A stretch of DNA of 64,000 bases from Bispira polyomma (Eukaryota), in the NCBI GenBank assembly GCA_965649765.1, contig OZ287752.1, positions 54,560,001 to 54,624,000 of the forward strand, read 5' to 3'. The notes under the pieces were generated by a model. The model saw only the letters and a list, made by a program, of their open reading frames with translations. It had not been told where the DNA came from and searched no databases. The position numbers and the translations under genes are program-made. Positions 11,617-23,110 of this stretch are shown piece by piece (positions within the stretch are counted from its first letter, which is position 1; each line of letters opens with the position of its first letter).

Positions 11617-12200
11617 ATAATAATAATAACAATAAATATATTATATAGCGTTCAACTGGTACATAAGAAAAATAAATAAAAAAATTCTGTGTTCTCTGGC
11701 GCTTGTCTTCTGAAATAAATGAGCTTTTAGCTGTTTGCTGAATAGGTTGTGGCTGTCTGTTTTTCTGAGGTAGTCTGGATGAGAGTTCTGTGAGTTTGAC
11801 CCAAATACAGTAAAACTACAGTCAGCAAGTGTCGGAACATCCAATAGATAGTAGTGTTTTTTTTCATCTAACAGGATAGTCGCAGTTTTTTTTTATTGAA
11901 TTCGATTCTGTTAATATCTCGGTGCTTTCTGGTGAATACATTTATGGACTGTTGTCAAAATTGAAACAAAATTCTGTAGCGAATTGGAAGCTAGTGGAGT
12001 GTCTTTAGTGCTCTTGAACTACTAGTGTTATTTGTCTTATTTTAGCACATGCTTTGCTGCTGCATTTGGCAATTTTTGCATCATTTTAGTCTATTTCTCA
12101 GGCAAGGCCATAAAGATATCATTGCAGTAGTCCAGATGGAATAGAACAAGGCCATACACTACTTGTTTGCATTCTTTTGCATTTGCATTTAAACAATTTA
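11617..12200 (-). mobile_element. Degenerate L2/CR1-clade LINE 3' end (ORF2 C-terminus)
   Basis: Frameshifted translation: KQVVYGLVLFHLDYCN..., LKTLH*LPIRYRILF..., TLADCSFTVFG..., PDYLRKTDSHNLFSKQLKAHLF. Ends in CGCTATATAA plus a (TTA)n tail. Confidence 0.85.
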
Positions 12201-12728
12201 AGTTGTTAATACAAAAAAATGTGTCAGAGGCACTAACAGTGGCATACTTACAATATAAACTATTTTGTGAATATCAATTAATGCTGCACACACTAATAGT
12301 GATATTCCATTAATTCCCATTGAACGAAAATATCCGGCAAAACATCACCCCCATCTTGTATATAAGGATTATCAATTGGGCCAAGAAGAACCATCCATCA
12401 TTAGATTAGAGTCTTTATCAACGAAAAGCAGGATTTTTTGTCTCCTTTTTTGTTTTGTTTTATTACACCCCACAGCAGCTGCAAAACGTTATACACCCCA
12501 CGATGACTCTCTGAAGAGACAAGGAGAATCAACAAAAAAATGATTTTATTGTTTCTAAGCAGCATTGAATCCTACCAATACACACAGGTGTTTCCCTTCC
12601 ACCAATTTATCACACTTCCCCATAGACATCTAGCCTTCACTAAGGCTCAGAATGTGCCAGAAGGCCACATATAGAGATAGCTATTTTGTATAAGAGACCT
12701 AATGGCTTTAACATTCGCTTATGGGTGG

Positions 12729-12801
12729 TCTCCTATGGTCTACTGGTTAGGAATTTGGTCTGATGAGCAAAAGGTCCCCAGTTTGACACCTAGTTGGCGG
12801 A
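12729..12801 (+). pseudogene. tRNA-like relic or isolated SINE head (present in each unit)
   Basis: TGGTCTACTGGTTAGGA is A-box-like and GTTTGACACC is a degenerate B box at tRNA-like spacing. The stems do not pair fully. Confidence 0.4.
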
Positions 12802-13149
12802 GTTGGTCTGTTGAACAGGATATACTGCCAAAGTTGCAATGTCCATTTGGGATAACATTCGCTTGCAAGATATGAACACGTCATTGTTTACTGATGATGT
12901 TGACCAAGGCTATGCTGTAGGATTATGCATTCTGTAGAATCAGCATCATAGAGGGTGATATCTCAATAGGATGTGATATAAATGTTCAATAATACTAAAC
13001 TAAACATGAACCCAGGGAACCATTTAAAATGATGATCCTCTGTCACTTGGGTCTCATTCCCAGTGGCAGGCTTATAAGGACCTTGTGGACATTGATTAAT
13101 GGTGTCATCTTCAAGTTGCAGTCTTCAGGTAGGTTCACAACTTTGCAAG

Positions 13150-13740
13150 AACTAGAATTTAAACGCATCAATTGCAACATTAATTGGCAAAACTCTTTAA
13201 TTTTGCCAGATATATTACTTTGGGGGTAAATAGACTTTGACTGAATGGCATTTGAAATAGGTCGTTCTAGTTTGTAAATACAACACACTGTGTATATGTA
13301 ATTCTGCAGTACAGTCACAGCCAACAACCAAAAGATGAGGCCATTGCATTATTAGAATAGGGAGCATGGTTGTGACCAAACGAAGATAATGGAACAGTCT
13401 GTCTCCCAGTACATAAATACACCTAAACCAATTAATAATTTAAATTGACCTACCCACTAAAAATGATGGTACAATAATAGCATACATTGTGTACAGCATT
13501 ATGGAGTGGATGGCATTTTGGGTTTTCAACATCTTAAATGAATGCCAAGCAGCTTCATTGTAATGATGTTAATGGTTCTTGGGGCGCTGCTGACAACCTG
13601 TGATGCCTGATAAAAATTATTGGTATTTGTATTCACAGTTACAGTCCGTGCAGTATCGGTCATTATCTGCCAACCTGACGATTTAGATGAGGTAATAAAA
13701 ATTTGGCCCAAAGGTCAAACAGGTTTTTTGGTGTAGAAGC
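13150..13740 (+). mobile_element. Possible degenerate Ty3/gypsy aspartic-protease region (present in each unit)
   Basis: Ordered fragments INCNINWQNSLILPDI (~ING...LLDTG), TVTANNQKMRPL (~TANG) and VDGILGFQHLK (~DGILGxDFL), with stops and frameshifts. Confidence 0.35.
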
Positions 13741-15559
13741 AGTTTTGACCTGTCTGTTATTAATGTTTTAATTCTGTTTGGTTTAGTACTAACATAGATT
13801 GATGTATATTCTTTTTCTTACTGTCATTAAATTGGTACGCTTGGGTGTACTGGCATTACTGCTTGCTACACCCCTGTAATAAAAGAGATCTCAGTTTTAT
13901 CAGCCGAACAATATCGATTTTAAGAGCTGATAATGTCATTATCAGCTGTGAATGATAAATATGCACAACTAAGGAGCCTGTATTGACATGATAATCTGTT
14001 AGTAGCGCCCTGCTTACTGGTATCATAGTATTTATTATACACCTACTAATATTGTATATACCATAATGAGTGATAATATTGAAAACCTCAATTTATATAT
14101 ATTAACACAAAATTGTCAAAAAGACATTGTCAAAGTATCTTGTACAAGTGTGGGAAAAGCGTAAGGAAATTTGATCTAAACAGTTGTTTCAAGGTTGATT
14201 TAGAATTGGTTACATACATGTATAACAAAGGATTTATGAGTATATAATATGACCAGTAAAAAATGTATATGTGTTTAAAGTGACATATAAGCCCAAAAAT
14301 TGTATTTTTTTTTAATTACATGTCACTATAATAAAAATATATATCTATCTGCATCACTTAATGCAAATCTAATGCACCTACCAATGCCCTAAGGCCCCAA
14401 AAAAATGAAAATAAAATTCTTGGATCTGCCTGGATCACCCAACGAAGTGTCATGTTTGCTGTAAACAAACGGTAAAAACAAATCCTTATTGGCTGATGTA
14501 CTAAAGATATAACACATTCTGTCACCTGGCTTTTAAAAACAACTTAAAATGACCGACTACACGACACAACAAATATGTATATATAGCCTGCTCCCGACAC
14601 GACATTACACAGCAATTAAACTTGGAGAAATCTCTTCAAAACTGCTGTGTTGTTGTTTATATCGTACAGTATCCATATGATGTTTATATATACAGCTGTT
14701 GTTAATATGTATTTTATATGGATTATGTAGTGGTGTTTCATGTAAACAGTACTGTTGTGCCTTGACGTGTCGTCCCCTGTAGTGTAGTACAGTGCCTTGG
14801 TTTCTAAACCCCTGTTTCTGCATAGTTGAAAGCGATGTAAAAAACCAAAATTCTGACTGAGATCTTTTGCTTATCCCTGTGTTTTAGCCCAACGATAGTT
14901 ACCATAAGCAATATATTGCGCATACAAATACTGTTCTTGAAAATTCAATAATCAAATACAGCAGATCTAAAGGCTCATAACTCAGTCAAGGCACCAACGG
15001 GACAAGAACATTTGTTGTTTTATGTAATCCTAAGGTAAAGATCGAAAGAACAGAGACAAAACATCACCTCTTTGTCAGTTTAATATCCAATGTTTTTTAG
15101 TCTCTAACAGACTCTAAGAACTGGTATAACTTATGGTTTTTATGTAACAGACAATTTCACCTTCTGAACATCAAAGTGCCCTGAGCAAAGTTGCTGTGAC
15201 TAACCTATCTGTGAACATTTAAAGGAATCGTGATCAGTAGAAACAGAGAGGAAGTTCTATCATTTATTGAATTACATTAGGCTTTTTTTTTTTTTTGGTG
15301 AATGCCAAAATTACAAGTTGTACTGCCTAAAACGCCTTTGAATCTTTACCTTTTCATCTTTTTTGTGAGAACTGTAAATAATTAGCTTGAACAATAAACC
15401 TAAAATAATAAAGTATTAGGTAGCCTTACGTGCACTGTTTCAACAACAGCACCTCTTATATATTAACTAAGAATATGAAGACCATGAAAGAAAACATATT
15501 AGGAAATACTAATATTTATACTAAGTTAAAAGCTACACCTATATACACACTGAACAGTA

Positions 15560-15829
15560 GGGCCACCTTTAACAATTTAAGTTCAGTCACTTAAGGTGAC
15601 TTTAAATTACCTTAGGTTACTAACTTTGTGGTGACCTTAAACCGAGGTCACCTTAGCACAAGTTAAGGTTTGATTCACTTTGTGTTGAATGTATAAAAGT
15701 ATGTGGTCATCTGTGGTGACCTTATACTAAATTAAAGTATTGTTAACTTACCAACTTTTTAGATAAAGTTAACTTTAAATACATGAAGTTAAGTCTAAAT
15801 ATAGATTTACTGCTCTATTGAGGTGGCCC
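15560..15829. mobile_element. MITE with terminal inverted repeats and internal palindromes
   Basis: TA|GGGCCACCT...AGGTGGCCC|TA (11-bp perfect inverted repeat including the TA). Internal hairpins AGTCAC-TTAAG-GTGACT and GGTGACCT-N7-AGGTCACC. Confidence 0.7.
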
Positions 15830-16199
15830 TAAATATATAACTTTGAGAAATTGTAAAAATATAGATATATGTAAAGAAAAGAAAGAGCCCCCTTATGACC
15901 AGATGTGTTAGCTAATGGCTAAAACTTAACTCAAACTAGCAATAATTCTTCAGTCCATGCTACAGCATCACTTAGCTCACTAGAACCTTACATGACTGCG
16001 ACAGCCCGTTGTTACATCAATCATCATGGCCAAACTATATTATGCAAACATATATTTTTCTCTTGACTGGCTGTAGTAATCCATGTTTGCCTTGCGTGCT
16101 TTTGGCTGCTTTGAGTATTATTGGATCACTTGTTGGAGCCAGGGTGTGTGAAACTACAAACTACCTGTGAAATATAGTTTACAATGTTTAAACAAAACG

Positions 16200-16375
16200 C
16201 CAAATTAAAACGCAATATGCAAAATTGTTACACTTTGATTCAAACTAAACCACTCTTTGTCAAATTACACCATCCCCCAAATTGCAACCTATTGTACCAA
16301 ATTACTTCATATCCTTGTACCATATTATGACACCACTTACCAAATTAAAATACAATGTGCCAAACTAAAACACAT
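16200..16375 (+). repeat. Degenerate ~20-bp periodic array with CAAATTA core
   Basis: Cores at about 16201, 16220, 16241, 16261, 16278, 16298, 16321, 16341 and 16361. Confidence 0.75.
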
Positions 16376-17640
16376 TTAAAATTTGAACGATGATGATAGC
16401 TCATGTATCCGTTATGTAGACAGGTGCAGGTCGACACCATGGAGACGCTGGGAAGCTGACCCATGGAATGGTGGAAAAGCCTTGCTAAACAGACAGGTAT
16501 TGGACATCTGTATGAAACAGGGCAGAGAGGCAGAGTGATTCCACACGTTAAGAAGCATCATAAGCAAAAGTATGCTTGAAATGTGTTATTTATTTATGAA
16601 CTGATGGATTAAAAATTTAAAAATTGCACCTAATTTGCCTGGTATTGTGTAAACGTGTATGAGGAGAAAGGTGTGGGCCAAAAATGCTGCAGTTAGAAAC
16701 TTGTAAATTAAATGACTGTTTTAAAGATTGAACATTATCTGCCAAATTAAAACACTTGTTTACACTGGAACATGGACACACACACTGTTCTATTCTATAA
16801 TTTTTTTCTGTGAAGGTCATACACCTGCCATATATTGCCTGATATTCCTGGTGCACTATCATAGTCCAGAGCCAAGGCAATATTTTAAGAAAAAATACTG
16901 TAGTACTTCAGGCAAGTATGGTTAAATAAATGTTTGGTGAAATAAAAACTTCTTTTACTTTACAAAAACGTAAGATATGTGAACTAATTTCAAGAGGAAC
17001 TGAATTCCAAAGCAGCCATGTTACGTGACAAAATGAATTCCACACCTGTTCTAGTCAAACTTGGAGATATTTGACACATACTAAATGATGATACATATTA
17101 GAGTATAATGAGAGGGATATGTCATAGGTTCTTAAGAGCTCTTCATAATCAAATGTATTTGCTTTTTCCAATAATACTCCCCCCCCCCTCCTGCATTTAC
17201 TAAGGCGTCTAAGTCACTGTTTTTTCCTGAACCAAAGTGAAAGTAAATCCCAAAGACAAACAGTAAGCAAGAAAAGCAAAGAATTAGAGTGACACCAAAG
17301 AAGGCTTGTAAACTGAAACTCTCCTCACAAAGAGAAGTTTACTGTAAGACCTTGTATTATTGTCACCCTGAGAAACTGTAACTCTGCACAGTGTAATTGT
17401 ACTTCTCTTTGGGTAAATGGAAAATAATACTGTAAAATTAAAGACTGAGCATGTCTACCTTATGGTAAAGTAAAGAGTGGGCTTCCGATGATATAATAGA
17501 TGATCATCGAAAGGAAAGCCATTCTTCAATTATCAATAGTGTACAGGGCCTTTATTTTTATTTTAATGATTTCTGTTTGAGCAATTTTTTCTTAAATTTC
17601 ACATTCATGGGGTTCATGGTTCATGGGCTTCATGGTTCAT

Positions 17641-17848
17641 GGTGGTGGACTAGTGGTTAAATGTGTTAACTTTACAATCACTGGTCTCTCACTAAATTGG
17701 GTTCGAATCCTGCTTGTTTCTTTGGGTGGGGAAGTTTGGCAGGTACTTGCAAACAGGTCATTGCTTGCTTCAGGTACGATTTCTTCCACCATTAAATCTG
17801 GCAGTCATGATATAACCTAAGCGACGTAAAATCAAACTAAATTTAAAT
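17641..17848 (+). mobile_element. tRNA-derived SINE, related family B (V-SINE-like body)
   Basis: A box TGGACTAGTGG, B box GTTCGAATCC. Shares ACAATCACTGGTCTCTCAC with family A. 3' body TTTCTTCCACCATTAAATCTGGCAGTCATGATATAACC...GCGACGTAAAA...AACTAAATT. Confidence 0.75.
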
Positions 17849-18094
17849 ACACACACTTGCCAGTAATTTAACACACTGCACACTTTCTTTTTGTAATTTT
17901 AAGGAAACACTAAACTTAATTTTACGATTACCATATATTAATAGTCTTAATGCAGGGGCATGTGTAGAAGCTTGTGTAGAAGCCAGTACGCAAAAGCATA
18001 CCAATTTTATGACAGAATGAGCCCCCCCACCCCCACCCCACCCCCAACGAATTTATGTTAGTACAAAAAAAAACAAACATAATAGTTTGATACA

Positions 18095-18330
18095 TTAGCA
18101 AGCATTGCGCTTCACAATCACTGGTCTCTCACCTCTGGGCGACGTGAGTTCGAATCCCGTCAATACCTATGTGGGAAAGGTGGTAGTTCTTTACTGTTGG
18201 CCGCTAGTTTCAGTGCAGAACCTTGATCAACTGTATGCAGTGTTTCCTCCAGCGTTTCCAACTACCCGTCCCAATATAACCTAAACAGGTACTAGAGTGG
18301 ACGTTAAATATCCAAATTAAAAAAAAAAAT
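18095..18330 (+). mobile_element. SINE family A, 5'-truncated, A-rich tail
   Basis: Aligns closely with 2197-2420 from TTAGCAAGCATTGC onward. B box GTTCGAATCCC present, A box missing. Confidence 0.85.
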
Positions 18331-18439
18331 AAATAAATATAGAAGTAAAACATTAACATTAAATTGGGGTATACCAAATGAAAAATCCTAACTACTCCCC
18401 TGTAATGTTATGGAAACTTTAACATATGAATTGCAAAAA

Positions 18440-18915
18440 AATGGGTTTGTCCAATTTTTACCTAATATTAGGTCGATTAAGCACCTTTGGTTCACATTAG
18501 CGATACTCTTTCTTCAATAGATGTAAAATCATCAATTTAATTGAACTGAAACAAGCTTTACAGGAAATGTGGAAAACTTTACCCAATACTTTGGAGGCGA
18601 ATGTTCAAAGCCTGCCTCGAAGGATGGCAGCTAATGTACAGACCAAGGGGACAGACCAGAGGCTTTGATAAAAAATACTGAAAAAATTAGCTTTTTTAAA
18701 AATATCATTGATTTGGTTTGTAACTTAAATTTAACAGTTGTGAAGTTTGTTTTAAATGTAGTTTACTGTAACTGTGACAACTGTAATGCAAAGAAAACTT
18801 TTAAATGAAAATCATACCTACATACATATATATTAACAGATAATGTCTCAAATTTATTAAAGACTTATATATATAAAATTTGTTCAAATCTAATCTACCA
18901 TTTTTAGCAACGCTG
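18440..18915 (+). mobile_element. Tc1/mariner transposon 3' remnant
   Basis: PNIRSIKHLW resembles SPDLNPIEHLW. It is followed by NLIELKQALQEMWKTLPNTLEANVQSLPRRMAANVQTKG, resembling SMPRRxxAVIxAKG. Ends TTTTTAGCAACGCTG|TA, like a Tc1 right end with its TA target. Confidence 0.8.
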
Positions 18916-20995
18916 TATATAATTCTAAACTAATTTAAAGGAAAATTCAATTTTTTTATCTCACATTTTCAGCTATTTACTGTACTAAAATCAGGAAGTA
19001 CATTTATCCTGCCCTATCTCTTTTAAGACCCCTCTCTTCTGTCTTTCTGGGGGGTATTGAAATGGAAAGATTTGCAGTACCCAAACCCAGTGGCATTAAT
19101 AGGTCTAAAGCCCCAACTCAAATTGAGATAGAGTGTCCTGTGACGGTTTGATCCCCTCACTTGTAAAGTTCAAATAGCTGAAACTTGTGACTTCCAACTG
19201 CAACTATCTTACTGTGGGTGATTTCAGCTTTGCCTACCTGAGCATTTCTGGTGTAGTTGTTGCCTATGTATTTGTCGTTCTTGATATTTGGTATTACATT
19301 AGAAAATATATAAGGAAAATAGCACTCAGTAGAGTGCAAACCTCAACCAGGGTGGTCCAAAATCCTAAATAGGGATGTGATTTACTTAGTTATAGACCTA
19401 AACCCGCCTGAACTCAGCCATCTCAATAGTATAATGCAAAGTAGATCAATAACTTATTTGAACAAATCACCCATTTCTTAGTAGTTCTTAGTAAGATTAG
19501 GTAAACCCTCATATATATTGAATACTCTGTTCAAGATTTGATGACTTCTGTCTTACCCCACTATAGGATTTAACCAAAATTAGTTGAGCAGTATTTGTGT
19601 AATGATGCAGAAATTTTGGTCTTACTGAACTTCAGTTATCCTACAGGGTTATTTCTCACTTATTGGCCCGGTGGTGCCTTGGTGGAGTGAACCACTAACA
19701 AAATTTGTCCTAGACTTTCACAAATGTTTTGCATAAAATCTGTGATTACCTCAGTGAGATTGTGGTGGTCCAGCCAAACGCAGAAAAATAAAGTATGGAT
19801 CAGTACAAAAAATGATGAGAATATGGAAAAATTGTAATCTGGCACCATTCACCTTATTTTTTGTGTGTACAGATTTGGTAAGGTGTTTGTGGATTCCCTA
19901 ACGGTGGCCCTGAAATTTAGTAAGATGCTACTACTGATAAAACGAATAAATGGTGAATCACAGCAACTTGTAAGGACAGACTAAGGTATATCTCCATGGT
20001 TTCCTAAAGCATATATTTTATTAGGATACCAGCATTTGTTTTCTTGCACATTCACCACTCGGGTTGTGACCTAATTGCTTGCAAGTATTATCCTATATGG
20101 TGAAGTTTAAGTTACTTCTTTGACCTTGCAGTGTGTGAAAGGTCACGTTATATGAGTAGGGTAAGTTATGAAGCTGCTGCTTCTATATGCAACTTTCTAT
20201 ATGTGTCATTTGAAGGTTTAAGTAAAAGTGACCAGCAATCTGTATCTGTTAGGTGATTGGTTAATGTAGAGTAATCAATTGGTTGGCAAGCAATTTTACC
20301 TTAAAGCTCTATATTTTAGTTACTGAGGTGCCATTCCACTATTATTACAACCTTAGCAATCAGTAAAAAATTTGCTTTCAATCCCAAGTCCAACTATCAT
20401 GGTTTTAAAACCAGGTTGATTGTGGTTTTAAAACCATAAATTGCCTTGACCGGGCCTCCAAGCCATGGATACAACCCTTGTGAAACCATGGAGCCCCCTA
20501 ATGATCACAGGCAGATGGCTTCCACGCTGGAAATGTTGGGCATGCTCAAAACTGCTTTGGATCTTTCACGGTGAATCGTATCAATGATTAACCACAGTGA
20601 TACACACTGATTAGCCCTAATCGCAGTCACAAACCTCATCAACCCAAATTAACCATGATTGGTCTGGGTAAAGTCTGTGTTGCTGTTGTCTCAAATGTAC
20701 AAGCATTTGTCTTACTTTATGACACCCCCGTGACACCCTGATTTACCAAGGTAAGCCTGGTAAACCCTGACTGGCAAAACCATAGATCAACCCCTCATTT
20801 GACCCTCTATATCCATTCCCACGCCATCAGAGTTAGTGTACTTTTTAAACGATCTCTCGCGAAAATGATACGCTGTGTATGGTGTGAATGATGGCATTAT
20901 TGCCAATATGGAAAGTGACTGCATTGCTCCCTAATGTAAAGTTGTTGAGGGTTTTTAATCTTTGAATTTTAAGTACTAATCTCAAGTAGCAGTAG

Positions 20996-21128
20996 TTTAG
21001 TATATATTTAGTATTTCTGTCTATCTGAACAACAATTCCTTTGCAAAATCCCAAAATTTAGTATTTAGTATATATTTAGTATATCTGTCTATCTGAACCA
21101 CAATTCCTTTGCAAAATCCCAAAATTAA
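20996..21128. repeat. 68-bp tandem duplication (also at ~44299-44431)
   Basis: TTTAGTATATATTTAGTAT..CTGTCTATCTGAAC.ACAATTCCTTTGCAAAATCCCAAAATT occurs twice, starting at 20996 and 21064. Confidence 0.9.
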
Positions 21129-22789
21129 TTTATGTCTTCCCTGAGCAATATGTATGAAACTTATGTAAAAACTGTGCTAGGATTTAGCTAAATCTTGATA
21201 TTTTACCATTTATCCTTCCCGAGAAGAACACAAGAACAATTCCGTTTTTGTGATTACCAAATCAGTTAATATCTTAACTAAGCAAAACATATCAACCTTT
21301 AGACAAACCTAAGCCAGGATTTGGTTAGAACCATACATCTGGCATTATGTCCTGCCAAGGAATGACATTTAGTAAATCACCAAACCCAACCATTAAACAT
21401 ATGACTGACTTATGTGATATAGAGTAACACGTGACATGTTAGCAGACAGTGTAATGACTTGAGAGGTCTCTCTACTGACGTGCTAGTGTCATTGTCTTTA
21501 TGGGATATATATGATATGTGTGGGAGTTATCAGATGGTTCTTAAACTCATACTCAAAACCCAAAGCTCACATACATAGACTTTCTTATGTAATTGATATA
21601 ACCTAACCATGTTACCATGAACCTTTGAGTGAGGCATTCAATTATGCAGTCCAGTTTTAGATGTCTTTATTATACACAGAGATACTGCAGCACATGTAAT
21701 GATACATTCTTTTCTTAAATTTAGCACATTTATAAGGACCTTCCCCTTGGGAGATAGGTACGGGATGTTAGTTTATTAGTGTAATGGGGATGGAGACAAA
21801 ATTGGCCTTGTAAGAAGTTATGTAGACAGGCATGATAGACAGTTTGGGATAGCACGAGATATACTGGGCCAGCATCAGTTTTACTGGCAAAGCATTTCAG
21901 CATTTTCAAACAGTCAGTTCAGCAAGTGAAATTAATTGCTAATGCAAAAATATGTCACTTAAAGTTCTAAAATTTGCAATAATATATTTATCAGATATCA
22001 TACAAGAAGAATGGTTCAGTGTTTGTCCTACATTTCTTTTGCATACTTCAGGACAAAATAAGCCAGGTATGTAAATACATGTACATGTAACCTAAGACAT
22101 TGGATGACTTGACTTTATCACTAAGTCATGTGGTCATCCTGGCCTAGTTGCTAGGGAGTTGGTTGGGTTGTGGATAAGACCCAGGGACTTAAACTGTTAA
22201 TTTCTGTGGTCATCTAAGCCACTATGTGTCTGCCTGTTCCTGCTAGCCCTAGATTGGGATCGTACCCATGTCCTTGGTACTTGTAAGTGAGTGTGTTGCC
22301 CGATTAGTATTGTATTATATATATTGACATCAGTTTGGAACTCAAACAGTTGTACTTTTTAAGTAGCTTTAAACATTCAGGTACAATGAACTTTTTTAAC
22401 AAGGTCGCAAGGTAAAATGCTATTGTTTAATTAATATGGTTAAGTTATCAAGCCTGCAACTTTTAGCAAGGCTAACTGTGCTTATGGTGTGTAGTAAGAG
22501 ATTTAACTGGTGACCCTTATTGTTGGCTATTATTGTCATGGTCAATAATCTGAAGAAATGTAACCAGAATTTACTCAGAAACAGATACTTCTGAAACTAT
22601 AGCCATCGGTCATAGATACATAAAGATAAATGAATCAGATTCTAACCATGTCTGCGAGATTACTTGTTATCTTGGACTAGTTGATTTATTTGTCTAGAAC
22701 ATTACCTTACAATAACAGTAATTAAGGTACCAATATCTATCGTAACATAATAATTGACACCAAAATAGATTAAATTAGATATTTATATC

Positions 22790-23110
22790 TTGCATTGAAC
22801 AATAATGTTTTAATTGCAGATTTAAAACTTGACAGTTTTTTCAATTTGTCTGATGTTAATTGGTAAGCTGTTCCAAAGCTTAGGGAGCACTGTATGAAAA
22901 AATATTTATCGTTAGATGTTTTGTGGCTGCTAGCAGCAAAATTAAACAAAATTACAAATCCCATTTACATGAATGTAATTGAGGAATGGTAACATTTTTA
23001 AATGTGATTGATAGATTTATCTAACACATTTTTACAATATGTTTGGATACAATATATGTTAAATGATAATGAGAAACAATTGATAGATTGCATTGCTTGT
23101 CATACAACAT
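22790..23110 (-). mobile_element. Degenerate CR1/L2-group LINE 3' remnant (partial copy at 1-138)
   Basis: PKLWNSLPINIRQIEK, then a frameshift, then LSSFKSAIKTLLF: the typical ORF2 C-terminal motif. Confidence 0.7.

Larger units (their letters stand above)
1..22972. repeat. ~23 kb tandem unit, copy 1 (phase set arbitrarily by the window start)
   Basis: ATGTAATTGAGGAATGGTAAC at 1 recurs at 22973 and 46276. The ORF track repeats in the same order with near-constant offsets. Confidence 0.98.

Noticed and set aside
12760-13170. Minus-strand frame LQLEDDTINQC...FKWFPGFMFSLVLL as a decayed paralog of the 199-aa ORF
   Set aside because: The similarity is weak, interrupted by several stops, and not distinguishable from chance by eye.
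13542-13612. Signal-peptide-like MPSSFIVMMLMVLGALLTTCDA
   Set aside because: Immediately followed by two stops, and it lies within the probable retroelement remnant.
16200-16375. CRISPR array
   Set aside because: Only a 7-bp degenerate core with ~13-bp spacers, no cas genes, and a eukaryotic context.
20845-21054. NYCYLRLVL resembling STING YYxGYLRLIL
   Set aside because: A short match in an AT-rich ORF overlapping a tandem duplication, with no other STING motifs or exon boundaries.
4806-22964. The remaining 60-95 aa ORFs in the track
   Set aside because: Mostly non-ATG starts, low-complexity or TE-derived. Their recurrence simply reflects the tandem duplication, and some are broken in one copy.
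1-22972. The unit as a giant autonomous element (Maverick, Helitron, endogenous virus) or rDNA/histone repeat
   Set aside because: No polymerase, integrase, Rep-helicase, capsid, rRNA or histone sequence was seen, and no ORF exceeds 201 aa.
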